A stretch of DNA of 64,000 nucleotides from Octopus vulgaris (GCA_951406725.2 OX597815.1:129270001-129334000); one strand, 5' to 3'. Counted from the first letter of the stretch, positions 26,473 through 39,224 are shown. The notes: generated by a model not told the origin, from the letters alone. Made by a program: numbers and translations.

Positions 26473-26714
26473 ACTGTGGATATTGTTATATTTGAGGGAT
26501 GGTCATTTTGCTAATAAACACATCACACATGCTCATACCAAATGCATAAACATACACATGGATGCAGATGTAAATGCATGCACAGATAGGGATAAATACC
26601 ACAGAAAGACAAAATGGAATAGACAGGACAAAACCGGAGAGAAGAGGAGACACATGGAACAGAATGCCATTGAAAAGATCACAGAATGTATGAAAAAAAC
26701 TCAGTCATATAAAC

Positions 26715-26935
26715 TAATAATCCTTCCTACTATAGGCACAATGACTGAAATTTGGGGAAGAGGATTGTAATTTGATTACTTCAGCCCTAGTGTACAACTG
26801 GTACTTTTTGTATCAACCCTGAAAAGATGAAAGGCAAAATCAACCTCGGTGCAATTTGAACTTACAACATAAAGACAGATGAAATGGCACTAGGCCTTTT
26901 GCTTGTCATGCTAATGATTCTTCCAGCTTGCCACC
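26715..26935 (-). mobile_element. SINE family B (short-tail type)
   Basis: aaagatgaaaggcaaaatcaacctcgg..aatttgaact. Confidence 0.7.
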
Positions 26936-27021
26936 TTGATAAATAAGCTAATAATGATAAAGTTAAGATCAAATAAATAGTGCTCATGTTTACTGGCAAA
27001 ATGACATCCCAAAATATAACA

Positions 27022-27058
<37 letters not shown>

Positions 27059-27249
27059 CTTTAATTCCAAGAAAATTAGAGGTTGTGAATCCAACCAACT
27101 AAGGGATAATATCTATCCAATATACTGCAGGTAGAATACCCAATTATTAATATACAAGTGTTTTTTTTTTATTGTATTGCAAATATATTACCGAGTGTAA
27201 TAAATGGGTAAGGGTAAAGAGTTATTTTACCATTAATTTATAGAGCAAT

Positions 27250-27548
27250 AAGAAAATGGAGGAGATCAATAGGTGGTATTCATCAACTTTTATACATTAT
27301 GACATTATGTTATTTCAATTTATTTATTTACTAAAATGACAATTACAACAATCTTCCCTATTTCTATTCCTGTATGTTGTATATTTCAATAATTACTGGT
27401 ATCTTTATATTATATATATAAAGCATAATATTTTATACATGTATGTATATTGTTGTAATTGTCATTTTAGTAAATAAATAAATAAATTGACATAATATAA
27501 TGTCTAAAAGTTGATGAATACCAACTATTGATCCCCTCCATTTTCTTA
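27250..27548. repeat. Inverted repeat, ~100 bp arms
   Basis: aagaaaatggaggagatcaatag...aatgacaattacaacaat vs attgttgtaattgtcatt...ctattgatcccctccattttctt. Confidence 0.85.
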
Positions 27549-28468
27549 GATAGATAGATAGATAGATAGATAGGATAAAAGATAAAGATCTTTTCTGAGT
27601 CATATAGACTCATGGGGCCAGTTTCTCTGACACATATATTCCTCCCTTGATGGGACACTGGTCTTTTGCAGGATTACTCATTTTTGCCAGCTGAGTAGAT
27701 TGGGGCAACATGGAATCAAGTGTTTTGCATGAGAACACAGTGCATTGCCTATAATCTACAATATATTAAAAATGGGGTTCAATTTTGCTTGCTTGCAATG
27801 TTACACAGCCAAACTGGCGCATAATAGGAAAATACTTTGAAAGTAAAGTGCCCATGAAATGTGGATACAAATGGAATAGAACAAGTTTTGCATAAATCAG
27901 ACCAGAGGTTACTGAGATATTCGGGGTTTTGGGGACATAAATACCCAAAATGGTGCATATAAAAACTCCAAAAATAACTCCAAAAATACTCCGAAAATAA
28001 CTTAACCCTGAAAGGTAATAAACTTTAGTCTTTCCATGAGGCACATTATGATGAGCAAAATATTTTAAAGTGAAAATGGCTTTAAAAATATGATAAATAT
28101 TTCGTAAAATACCCGTTCATAACCTCGGTGTGAAATTGTTACTTTCCATAGGTTTCTTTCAAGTGCATTCAATATATCTCACCTCCAAAGATTTGGCTGC
28201 TATTTCTAGCACACCCTGCTACCACATAGCAGCTATTTGTAATAAAGGACCCGAAATACCTGTTACATGGTAGCAAGAAATAATAGCCAAATCTTTCCTT
28301 TTCTGGGGATAGAAGCCGTTTACGTGTGATTTTAATGTCACATTCGTTGAAAGCATGTGAAATAACCTGGTAATGAAAAAAACCCATGAAACAAAACTCC
28401 ATTGCTGAGAAACTCAGACTTTCCTGGTACCTTAAATTATTGGAGACCCAATAGTTCACTAGTAGCCT

Positions 28469-28549
<81 letters not shown>

Positions 28550-28600
28550 CAATAATAAATCTCTGAACGAGATGTAAACAGTAACCGCTTGACAACGTAA

Positions 28601-28712
28601 AGTATACTAGCCATCTCAATATGGCCAACCACTAAGGGTGGGTGTCACTGTAGCTAAGAGCTACATTGACACCCACCCTTAGTCGTTGGCCATATTGAGA
28701 TGGATAGTATAC

Positions 28713-28713
<1 letters not shown>
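28601..28713. repeat. 55 bp-arm hairpin between two long (TA)n tracts
   Basis: agtatactagccatctcaatatggccaacc...tgtagct-aag-agctaca...ttggccatattgagatggatagtatact. Confidence 0.9.
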
Positions 28714-28811
<98 letters not shown>

Positions 28812-28824
28812 TGATAGATAGATA

Positions 28825-29292
28825 GATATGTTTCTTTATTAGCCACACAGGGCTGCACACAGACAGGACAAAATTACAAGGTAGAGCTTTTCTTTTAGGG
28901 GTAAAAGAAGGGGGTTTGGTTTTTGATCAAAAGGGATCGTAAATAGAAAGAAAGAGGACAAAAAAAGTGGGGGTGGATAGAATAAAATTTTTAAAAAAGG
29001 GTGGGGGGAAAGGGAAAGGAAAAAAAAATTGATCAATAGGGATCGTTATCACAGAAATGTCAATATGAAATGTAAAGGGGAGGACAGGTGAGGTTTACCC
29101 GTGGAAAGAAAAGCCTACGGAAAAGACCACAGTAACCTCAGTCAATGAAATCACATGTTATATTTCCTTTTTTTTTTTTTTTTTCAAATAAGCAACTCTC
29201 TGTATTAATTTTTACGGTTCATAGAATCATAGTCAAGGTGGCTTCGTCATTCATATGTGCCATCCATGCTACATTCACCCATCTTTTTTTAA
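28825..29292 (-). mobile_element. LINE 3' end (clade uncertain, possibly L1/Tx1-like) inserted at (TAGA)n
   Basis: Minus strand: ORF end KRWVNVAWMAHMNDEATLTMIL*, pyrimidine-rich UTR, terminal cagccctgtgtggctaataaagaaac. Confidence 0.55.
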
Positions 29293-29440
29293 AACAGGGA
29301 GGGTGAATGTAGCAAGGATGGCATGTATAAATGACAAAGCCACCTTGACTATGATTCTATGAACCGTAAAAATTAATACAGAGAGTTGCTTATTTGCAAA
29401 AAAAAAAAAAAAAAGGAAATATAACATGTGACTTCATTGA
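29142..29440. repeat. ~140 bp inverted duplication of the 5' part of the truncated LINE
   Basis: 29142-29280 vs 29301-29440; 20 bp spacer. Confidence 0.9.
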
Positions 29441-29606
29441 TACACACATATATATATATATATATGTAGTAGTAAGTAATTAAGGGTTCAGCAACAATTT
29501 GCCTCACCACACACCGAATTTAGAAATAGCGGTCAAAAAGTTTCGGCTATTCTTTCTACTTAAAAGGGAGATCCCAGTAAAACCAAAGCACTTAAAAAAC
29601 AAACGA

Positions 29607-29668
<62 letters not shown>

Positions 29669-29675
29669 AATGACG

Positions 29676-29724
<49 letters not shown>

Positions 29725-29799
29725 TATATATATATATATATATATACGTTTATTTATATGCATATGTATATGTATGTGTGTGTGGGTACGTACTTATAA

Positions 29800-29985
29800 A
29801 ACTTTTAGTTTTCACTAAATTCATTTTGAAGCCTCCGTATTCAAGGCTTTTCGTCCATATTTGGAAATCATTAATCTGACAACTTCAACAGATTCAACTA
29901 TGAGAAATAGGTTATCGGTGCAAAGGAGTTCCCAAGAAGAACCGGTCTTAAACCACTTCTCTTATGACATGGACAACAATAAACA
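29800..29985 (+). mobile_element. Penelope-like terminal repeat remnant
   Basis: agattcaactatgagaa...gcaaaggagttcccaagaagaac matches the minus strand at 39225-39330, downstream of a PLE endonuclease C-terminus. Confidence 0.55.
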
Positions 29986-30094
29986 GGAGAGAGCATATTT
30001 GCACACACATGCATACTCACACAAACACACACACATGCACGCGTGTGTGTGTTTGTGTGTGTGTATTTATACTTACATACATACATACATCTAT

Positions 30095-30600
30095 GGTGTA
30101 GCTGTGTAGTAAGAAGCTTGCTTCCCAACCACATGGTTCTAGGTTCAGTCCCACTGCGTGACACCCAAGGCAGAAACGTTAGCACGCAGGGTGAAATGCT
30201 AAGCAGTATTTCGGCTGCCATTACGCTCTGGGTTGAATGTAATCGACTTAATCCCTATGTCTGTCCTTGTTTGTCCCCTCTATGTTTAGCCCCTTGTGGG
30301 CCATAAAAAAATAAGAAACTGAAAGAAACCCATTGAATATACATGTATATATGTGTATATCTGCTTGTGTGAATGTGTGTGTGTCTTTGTGTCTTTTTTG
30401 TCCCCCACCACCACTTGACAACCGACATTGGTGTATTTTGCCCCTATAACTGAGCAGTTTGGCAAAGGGACTAATGCAATAAGTACTAGGTTTTAAAAAG
30501 AAAAAAAGGTCCCGAGGTTGATTTGTTCAACTAACATCCTTCAAGGCAGTGCCCCTGCATGGCTGCAGTTGAGTGACTGAAACAAGTTAAAAGTAAAAAA
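30095..30600 (+). mobile_element. SINE family A interrupted by a family B copy (30168-30315)
   Basis: Family A head, family B body/tail, then family A resumes at gaaactgaaagaaaccc. Confidence 0.75.
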
Positions 30601-30619
30601 AGTACATACATGGATGCTC

Positions 30620-30825
30620 TTTTCTACTCTTGGCTCAAGGCCCAAAATTTTGAGGGAGGGTGCCAGTCGATTAGATCGACCCTAGTATGCAACTGGTACT
30701 TAATTTATCAACCCCATAAGGATGAAAGTCAACCTCAGTGGAATTTGAACTCAGAACGTGAAGAAAGACGAAATATCACTAAGCATTTTGCTCAGCATGC
30801 TAATGTTTCAGCCAGCTCACTGCCT
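30620..30825 (-). mobile_element. SINE family B (short-tail type)
   Basis: aactggtacttaatttatcaaccccataaggatgaaag..ggaatttgaactcagaacg. Confidence 0.75.
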
Positions 30826-30833
30826 GTATGTTG

Positions 30834-30956
<123 letters not shown>

Positions 30957-31100
30957 GTATATGTGTGTGTGAGAAAAGGTTGAATTCTATTTCACCCTTT
31001 ACTTTGGAGGGTTCCAAAGGCTGATTTCTAATAAGAATTCTTTATATTTCATTAGTTGCTCACTAGTGTAAGAATTTTGCAAATATGAAAATGCTATAAG

Positions 31101-31240
31101 TATAAGGTGTGTTACAGGAATTTATAGAACAATTATCCTATAGAAACTCAAACTGTTAAAGATGGAGAAGAGAAGATGTTAAAAGTTAGTTGAGTTTCTA
31201 TAGGATACTTGTTCTATAAATCCTCATAACACACCTTATA
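31101..31240. repeat. Imperfect 50 bp-arm inverted repeat
   Basis: tataaggtgtgtta...cctatagaaactcaa vs ttgagtttctatagg...taacacaccttata. Confidence 0.85.
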
Positions 31241-31254
31241 TACATATATATATA

Positions 31255-31272
31255 TGTAGATTTTAGAACATT

Positions 31273-31314
<42 letters not shown>

Positions 31315-31332
31315 AATGTTCTAAAATCTACA
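31255..31332. repeat. Perfect palindrome centred on (TA)n
   Basis: tgtagattttagaacatttataaa(ta)n tttataaatgttctaaaatctaca. Confidence 0.9.
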
Positions 31333-31344
31333 CAGCCTTAGTTT

Positions 31345-31614
31345 TTCATCTCATTACGGCAAAAAATTTATATATATTATTTACATTTGACGGATATTTG
31401 TCCTCATCTTGTTTGTAGTTAACACAATGTTTCGGCTGATATACTCTCCAGCCTTCATTAGGTATCTTGAGGAAATTTCTCATTCCTAAGGTATTTTTTG
31501 CGATGTTCTTGTTGATGTTATTATTATTATCATTATTATTCTGGTCACTGCCTGGAATCGAACTCAGAATCTTGGGGTTAGTAGCCCGCACTCTAACCAC
31601 TATGCCATATGCCC
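31345..31614 (-). mobile_element. tRNA-headed SINE-like element with hammerhead-type tail
   Basis: Head gggcatatggcatagtggttagagtgcgggctactaaccccaagattctgagttcgattccaggc (A box tggcatagtgg, B box gttcgattc), (AAT)n spacer, then gatac-ctaatga-a-ggctg..cagcc-gaaac-att-gtgtt. Confidence 0.65.
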
Positions 31615-31628
31615 ATGGGCATATGTAC

Positions 31629-31661
<33 letters not shown>

Positions 31662-31662
31662 T

Positions 31663-31858
31663 ATGAGGGGTTGCTGAAAAGTTCCTGGGTTTGGGTAAAA
31701 AAAAAAACTGCTGGAGGATCAGTTAATTATAATTTTATTCATTATATTCTCTTCTCAGATTCATAGACATATTGCAGCAGCCTGTCACTTTTTCTAAGCT
31801 CTGTAAAAGAACTCAGAAGGTTGGGCTTACAACCAAGCCTTTCATGATACCCTTAACA
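31663..31858 (-). mobile_element. mariner right end (TIR plus transposase C-terminal remnant)
   Basis: ta|tgaggggttgctgaaaagttcctgg TIR-like end; minus translation LQSLEKVTGCCNMSMNLRREY resembles a mariner C-terminus. Confidence 0.55.
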
Positions 31859-32137
31859 CTTGAGCATTTAAATTTCTTTGACAGGTTTATTGCTTAGTTA
31901 TTCAGATCATTTTGATATAAACAAATATTATTATCTTGTAGCTTCAATCTCACAATGATATGATTGTATAAATTAGTTTTTGCATTTATTATATTAGATA
32001 TAACGGCAACAAATACAGTCATCACTAAGTGATGGAGGATATTAGTGAGCAGCAGTATTGCTAGAAATAAGAGTCAAAACAACTCTTAGCCACATGAGAG
32101 CACTTTTCTAATGACTGACATAGGAGACATATATAGC

Positions 32138-33062
32138 ATCATCATCATCATCATCATCATCATTTAGCGTCTGCTTTCCATGCTGGCATGGGTTGGACGT
32201 TTTGACTGGGGACTGGGGAGCCAGATGGCTGCACCAGGCTTCAATCTGATCTGACAGAGTTTCTACAGCTGGATGCCCTTCCTAATGCCAACCACTCCAA
32301 GAGTGTAGCAGGTGCTTTTACGTGCCACCAGCATGAGGGCCAGTCAGGTGGTACTGGCAACAGCCACGCTCAAATGGTGTTTTTATGTGTCACCCGCACA
32401 GGAGCCAGTCCAGTGGCACTGGCAACGCCTTCGCTCGAATGTTGTTTTTCACATACATCATCATCATCGGCACAAATGCCAGTAAGGTGACATTGGTAAT
32501 AATCATGCTCGAACAGTGCATTTTACATGCCACCGGCATGAGGGCCAGTCAGCGGCCCTAGCAACGATCATGCTCAGATAGTGCTTTTAACACTCCACTA
32601 GCATAGATGCTAGTCATGCAGTGCTGTCATCGAATTTCATTTCGATTTCACTTGCCTCAACAGGTCTTCGCAAGCAGACTTTAGTGTCCAATGAAAGAAA
32701 GGTACGCCTAAGTGGGCTGGTTACACCACTGGCATAGGCCATAGGTTATGGTCTCACTTGGCTTGCTGGGTCTTCTCTTTCCAAAGGTCTTGGTCACAAG
32801 TCATTGCCTCGGTGAGGTCTAATGTTTGAAGGTCATGCTTTACCACCTCATCCCAGGTCTTCCTGGGTCTACCTCTTTCACAGTTTCCCTCGACCGCTAG
32901 TGGGTGACACTTTTTCACACAGATATCTTCATCAATTTGCACCACATGACCATAACCAGCGCAGTCATCTCTCTTGCACACCAGATCTGATGCTTCTTAG
33001 GTCCAACTTTTCTCTCAAGGCACTTACACTCTGTCGAGTATGCACACTGACATTACACATCT
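32138..33062 (-). mobile_element. 5'-truncated RTE LINE
   Basis: YGHVVQIDEDICVKKCHPLAVEGNCERGRPRKTWDEVVKHDLQTLDLTEAMT; UTR and (GAT)n tail. Confidence 0.88.
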
Positions 33063-33126
33063 AGTGGGGCATACTGGCTTTGTTCCTGTACACAGACACA
33101 CATGTGAATTGGTATATGAGTATGTA

Positions 33127-33186
<60 letters not shown>

Positions 33187-33714
33187 CGTGTGTGCGTGTG
33201 TAATGTCCTCTTCTGTCGAGAGTGCAGAAGGAGCATCAAGTTTTCAACTCAAGGATCTATTTATTGAATTAACTTGTAATTCTACAGACCTGTGTTCCAG
33301 ATAGCCTTAATATTTCAGGATGAAATAATGTGTGACAGTGCAGAACTTATGAATTATAGATTACAGACCTGTGTCTACCAGACAAGCTTCTCAAAAGTTG
33401 CTGAAAGTGTGTATACATACATATATGATGGAAGTCAATTCATGGCCAACGAAGACCACTTCCTAAACTCAGTAAGTCCTTGTAAACATTCTGAGAGTCG
33501 CAAAACCTTCTTCTGATATTGCTGCAGCTCTTATGTCTTCATTGTTTGATAAAAACCATTCGAAGTAATGCCCCAGCATGGCCACAGAACGATGACTAAG
33601 ACAGGCTAAAGATTACCAGCACCAGGCTTATGGTAGCTGAAGAAATGTGGCAATCATGATATCATTAATCCAGAAACTTGAAGTCTTGTATGTGCGTCTC
33701 CATATCTGTATCAC

Positions 33715-33752
<38 letters not shown>

Positions 33753-33773
33753 GTGTGTGTGTGTGTGTGTGTA

Positions 33774-33808
<35 letters not shown>

Positions 33809-33972
33809 ACATGTGTATATATATATATATATAAAGACAGTGTACATTTAAACACATAAGAGGGGGCCATCATAGGACTACCTACATGCTAGAGAGGACA
33901 GTTAAATTCCGAACCACTATTAGAGATAAAAATCGAAGGGAATGAAAAATAAAAAACATTTGCCATCTAACT

Positions 33973-34041
33973 CCTGGACCAATGGTTTCAGACTTTTTTA
34001 GCAAATAAAATAATTTGCTAGGCGAAGCCTTCTTTAGTAGG
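33973..34041 (-). ncRNA. Decayed type-I hammerhead ribozyme motif
   Basis: ccta-CUAAAGA-aggctt..(tagcaaat/atttgcta)..aagtct-GAAA-ccattg-GUC-cagg; one core substitution (G to A). Confidence 0.45.
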
Positions 34042-34120
34042 TACACCTTAGATTAAATATATATACACGAGGCAATCCAGTATATGCTTTGTGCTTATAC
34101 ATTACCCTTTGATAATATTA

Positions 34121-34197
<77 letters not shown>

Positions 34198-34354
34198 CGA
34201 GAGAGAGAGAGAATAGGAAGGTTTTAGGTCAGTGATGATCTAAACCAATAGGTACGCTGCTTAAGTGCTGTAATTGGTAATCCATTAGGATCCAAGTTCA
34301 CAACGGAGACTGGAGCCAGGGATCCATTGCAGTCTTCCGAGTCAGTGGTTATAA

Positions 34355-34585
34355 CTTAAAGGAAGAGGAAAACAAAACCAAAGCAGGAAAAGCTTATCAG
34401 ATCATTTAAAACATATTAATTACTGTTTTAATTAATGTAGAGGTGAATCAAAGTAACAAAAAGTAAAAGTAAGCATAAATCAATTCACCTCTAATTAAAA
34501 CATTAATTCCCCTCCGTAATTAATTAAAATATTTTAAATGGTCTGATAAGTTTGTCCTACCTACCTCGCTGTTGTTTTCCTTTAA
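34355..34585. repeat. Old degenerate inverted repeat
   Basis: cttatcagatcatttaaaa/ttttaaatggtctgataag; agaggtgaat/attcacctct. Confidence 0.6.
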
Positions 34586-34961
34586 TATATATATATATAT
34601 ATAAATGAGATATATAACCCACCATGGGATAATATATATCCAATATACTGCTAGATAGGTACCAACAAAAATAATACATAGATGTTAAAAATTGTCAAGC
34701 AATCAGTTCATCTATTGTCATCATAATGCTACACTTATATAATATAATACACATTTGTACAAAAGGAAGGTAAACAGAACAATATAAAACAAAATATATA
34801 AGAGTGTATATATTAATATTAATAAGTACCGATATTATACATATTTGGCTATAGTTTTTTTTATAAAAAAAGGGCTAACACATATGGAGATGAAAAATAA
34901 TAATTAAATCCGTGGTACAGTTCATAAAATTCTAAAGCTATAAAAGTTAATAAAAATTACT

Positions 34962-35014
<53 letters not shown>

Positions 35015-35086
35015 TAATAATAATAAAAAAATACTAAAAATAGATACAGTTAAGTTAGCACCAAGTCCATCCTTTCAATATCGAAA

Positions 35087-35129
<43 letters not shown>

Positions 35130-35139
35130 TTATATATAT

Positions 35140-37020
35140 CATCATCATCATCGTTTAACATCCATTTTCCATGCTAGCATAGGGTGGACGGTTTGACCAG
35201 GGTCTGGGAAGCCAGGAGGCTGCACCAGGCTCCAGTCTGATCTGGCAGTGTTTCTGCAGCAGGATGCCCTTCCTCACACCAACCACGCTGTGAGTGGGTG
35301 CTTTTTACATGCTACTGGCACAGGGGCCAGAAGAGGCTGGCAAATGGCCACGATCGGTTGGTGCTTTTTACATGTCACTGACATGGACACTAGTCAGCCA
35401 GCGGATGGTGCTTTTTATGTGCCACCGGCACAGGTATCATAACTACAATTTTCATTTGATTTTTATTTTGATGTTGATGTTGACGTACTTGACTCAATAG
35501 GTCTCCTCAAGCACAGCAGGTCACCCTACGATCCAAGGTTAGCACAGCAGGCCATCCTATGAGCCATGGACTCACTTCATTTGTCAGGTCTTCGCAGTCA
35601 CAGCATATTTCAGAGGTCTCAGTCTTTTGTCATTGCCTCTGTGAGGCTCAATGTGCCACTGGCACAGGTATCACAACTACAATATCCATTTGATTTTTAT
35701 TTTGATGTTGATGTACTTGACTCAATAGGTCTCCTCTAGCACAGCAGGTCACCCTTCGATCCAAAATTAGCACAGCAGGCCATCCTGTGAGCCATGAACT
35801 CACTTCATTTGTTGGGTCTTCACAGTCACAGCATATCTCCAGAGGTTTTGGTCTTTCATCATAGCCTCTGTGAGGCCCAACGAAGGTCATGCTTGACCAC
35901 CTCATCCTATGTCTTCCTGGGTCTACCTCTCCCCCAAATTCCTTCAATAGTTTGGGAGTGGCACTTCTTCACACATCTCTTCTCGTCCATCCTTAGTACA
36001 TGACCATACCAATGCAAACGTCTCTGCTGCACACCACATCCGATGCTTCTTATGTCCAACATTTCTCTCAGGGCATTTACACTCTGCCGTGCATGCACAC
36101 TAACATTACATATCCAGTGGATCATGCTAGCTTCATTTCATTCGGACCTACACATGTCCTCTGGAGTCACGGCCCATGTTTCACTGCCATGAAGCATGAC
36201 AGTTCACATACATGTGTCATACAATCTACCTTTCACTCTGAGCGAGAGACCCTTTGCCGCCAGTAGGGGAAGAAGCTTTCTAAACTTTACCCAGGCTACT
36301 CTTATTCTAGTGGTAACACTCTCTGAGCATCCACCCCCACTACAAACTTGGTCACCTAGGTAGCGGAAACTATCAACTACATCTAGTTTCTCCCCCTGGA
36401 GTGTAATGGAATCTGTTTTCTGAGTATCTGTGGTGTCTATTACCCCTGTGCATCTACTGCACATGAAAGCTATCTTCTCGGTTATTTTTCCTCTTATGTG
36501 TCCATAGCTTACACTGGGTACATCTTATGAAGTTTCTACCTACACCTTTTCTACAGATCGAGCAGCACCACCTACCTAGAGGGGGGGGATGAGTTCACTT
36601 TCCTACTTACTAGAACTTTGGTCTTTGCTACATTTACTCTAAGGCCTTTTGATTCTAAATCTAGCTTCCACACACAAAATTTCTTTTCTAGTTCCGGTAG
36701 TGATTCTGCTATGAAGGCCAGGTCATCAACATAGAGGAGCTCCTGGGAGCAACCCGTCTTGAATTCCTCTGTTATTGCCTGGAGGACTATGATGAATAAA
36801 AGGGGACCTAGGGCTGAACCTTGGTGGCATTGTCTACCGTACTATTCCACCACCACATAACTCTAGGTCTAGAAGGGACTTCTCACCAACTACAGACTTG
36901 GTCTGTGGCACTCAGCAAGCTGTCCCATAGGAATTTCCAGCTACCTTCTATGTCTGATGTCTATAGCTCCTCCTTCCTCTCCTCAAATTTCTTGATGGGA
37001 ATGTCCCTAAATCTTGTGGT
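35140..37020 (-). mobile_element. RTE (BovB-like) LINE with internal deletion
   Basis: WKFLWDSLLSATDQVCSW..RVMWWWNS joined to QGSALGPLLFIIVLQAITEEFKTGCSQELLYVDDLA; Cys-rich insert; FRYLGDQV; LHWYGHVLRM; GRPRKT; duplicated UTR unit; (GAT)n tail. Confidence 0.9.
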
Positions 37021-37974
37021 GGTGTTCGTTTGTCAGACATACTTTATCTGTTCTCTCTTCCAACCTGACAACATTCAAGCATTCAGGCATGTTAAGATTG
37101 TTGCCCTTACTGGAGGCAGGAGCCAGTGTTAGCAGCGTTGTAAGCATAAGCATTATGGTCATGAAATGATGTACATTTAAGTGGTGTAGCAAAAATATGG
37201 ATATTCCAATGTTAGGTTAGGAGGGAGTCAGCTGAAACTGGTTGTGTTTGCCCGGGTAGAGGGGGATTGCAGGTATAATGGAGGGTACCACCAGCGGGGA
37301 GCGGTTCAGACGGAGAGAGAGGAAACAAGCTCATTCCTATATATACACAAGCACACCCACACACAGGAATAAGCACACATGGGCAGTTGAATAGCTTTCT
37401 CCTTCACTTCATAAGGCCAAGGAAAATTCCTGGGTAGTAGTTGGCGTGTTTCTATACAGAATGAAAATGGAACAAAAGATAGCTGTTTAAGTAGGTGGGC
37501 AGATAACCTGGTTGCATTTGTCCCAGTAGAGAGATAAAGAAAGAGAGGAGAAGAGGTAGAGAAAGAGAGGAAGAGAGAAAGAGAAAGAGAAGGAGAGAGA
37601 TAGAGAAAGAGAGGGAGAGAGATAGAGAGAGTGCAGGAATATAGAGAACAGCACAAGCGAGGAGGGGGAATTGGGAGAAGCAATAACTGGAAGGCGTGGT
37701 GACAAATTTCTAGACAGAATGAAATGTAAGATAGTCGGTGACGTATGTGTGAGAATAGACACCAGTAATGGTGGTGGGAAAAGGGATATCCGGTGTAAAT
37801 GGTGGGATGATACGATAGAGATATCCAGTATTGGTGGGTGGGGAGGGCACAATGTGAACAAGTTTTGTTTGGGGACAGAAAGATGAAATTAAACAGGGGG
37901 AGAAACGAGTAATTAACTTAACAAAATTATATGAGATAGAATTAAAAATTATGTTTTGAGGGGACGTCATCAAC

Positions 37975-38105
37975 ATAATTGCTTAATGTCCACCTTCCAT
38001 GATGGCATGGGTTGGATGGTTTGACAGGAGCTTGCTAAGCAGGAGCCTACACCAAACTTCCATGTCTGCTTTGGCACAGTTTTTACAGCTGGATGCCCTT
38101 CGTAA
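37975..38105 (-). mobile_element. RTE-type 3' tail
   Basis: ttccatgatggcatgggttggatggtttgacaggagc...acagctggatgccctt. Confidence 0.65.
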
Positions 38106-38502
38106 CTCCATAGACGTAATTATTTGGTAAAAAGTTTACTTCCCAATTTCATAGTTTGAGTTCAGTCTGTTATGTGTCATCTTGGGTAAATGTCTTCAAT
38201 GGTAGTTTTAGGTTGACCAAAAACACATAGACGATGGAATCTCAAACTATTTAAAATTTAAAACTTGTCTTGACATTGTGTGATAATTGTAAGAGAATGT
38301 CATCACCATGTAAGCGATGTATTTCATTTCCAATCTTCCATGAAAACATGTCTAGTCATTGGATTTATTACCTTACTCAGAAACAGGTGAGGGTTAATAA
38401 CAGGAAAGGCATCTAGCCATAAAAAAAATCTATCCCCAGCAAATTCTGTCTCAATCATGCTGACATGGAAAAGTTGACATTAAAATGATGATGATGATGA
38501 CA

Positions 38503-38570
<68 letters not shown>

Positions 38571-38695
38571 GTGTGCATTTTCCCCTTGTTAACAATTAAC
38601 ACGGAAAAAATAGATAAATAGTTTTAAAAAATCACGCAAGTAAAACGGTTGTGTCGGAAGTAAAAGAATTTGAATAACACCTGAGTTTAACTCCA

Positions 38696-38755
<60 letters not shown>

Positions 38756-38804
38756 TGTGTGTGTGTATGTGTGTGCATGCCTGTGTGTGTGCGTTGTATG
38801 TGTG

Positions 38805-38844
<40 letters not shown>

Positions 38845-39160
38845 TGCGTGTGTGTACAGAAATATATAAACAGTGTAGAAGTTTGACAGGCAAACTATGG
38901 ACCATATTTGCACTTCAAAGGTCTGGCTTTGTTACATTGTCTCATACTGATTCTATTTAAAGCATCACTTTGGACACATGATACATGGTACACATGGCTG
39001 ACAAATTCTCAGCCTCTTGACATGATAATTCAATGAAGATCATTCACAATAGCTGAGTCCATCGCACACATGCACATTTGCATATACACACGGACAGAAA
39101 CAAATATACATACATACATAATATATACATACATAATACATACATACATACATACATACA

Positions 39161-39193
<33 letters not shown>

Positions 39194-39224
39194 GCATGCA
39201 TATATATACATACACACTTCCTAC

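Noticed and set aside
31543-31614. Functional tRNA gene
   Set aside because: Acceptor stem is imperfect, there is no Pol III T-run terminator, and it continues into repeat sequence; treated as a SINE head.
33202-33516. Protein-like short ORFs in unique sequence
   Set aside because: No recognisable domain and no convincing splice boundaries.
37200-37890. Possible very old Penelope GIY-YIG remnant on the minus strand
   Set aside because: Only faint motif resemblance, interrupted by a (GA)-rich tract; not supportable without a profile search.
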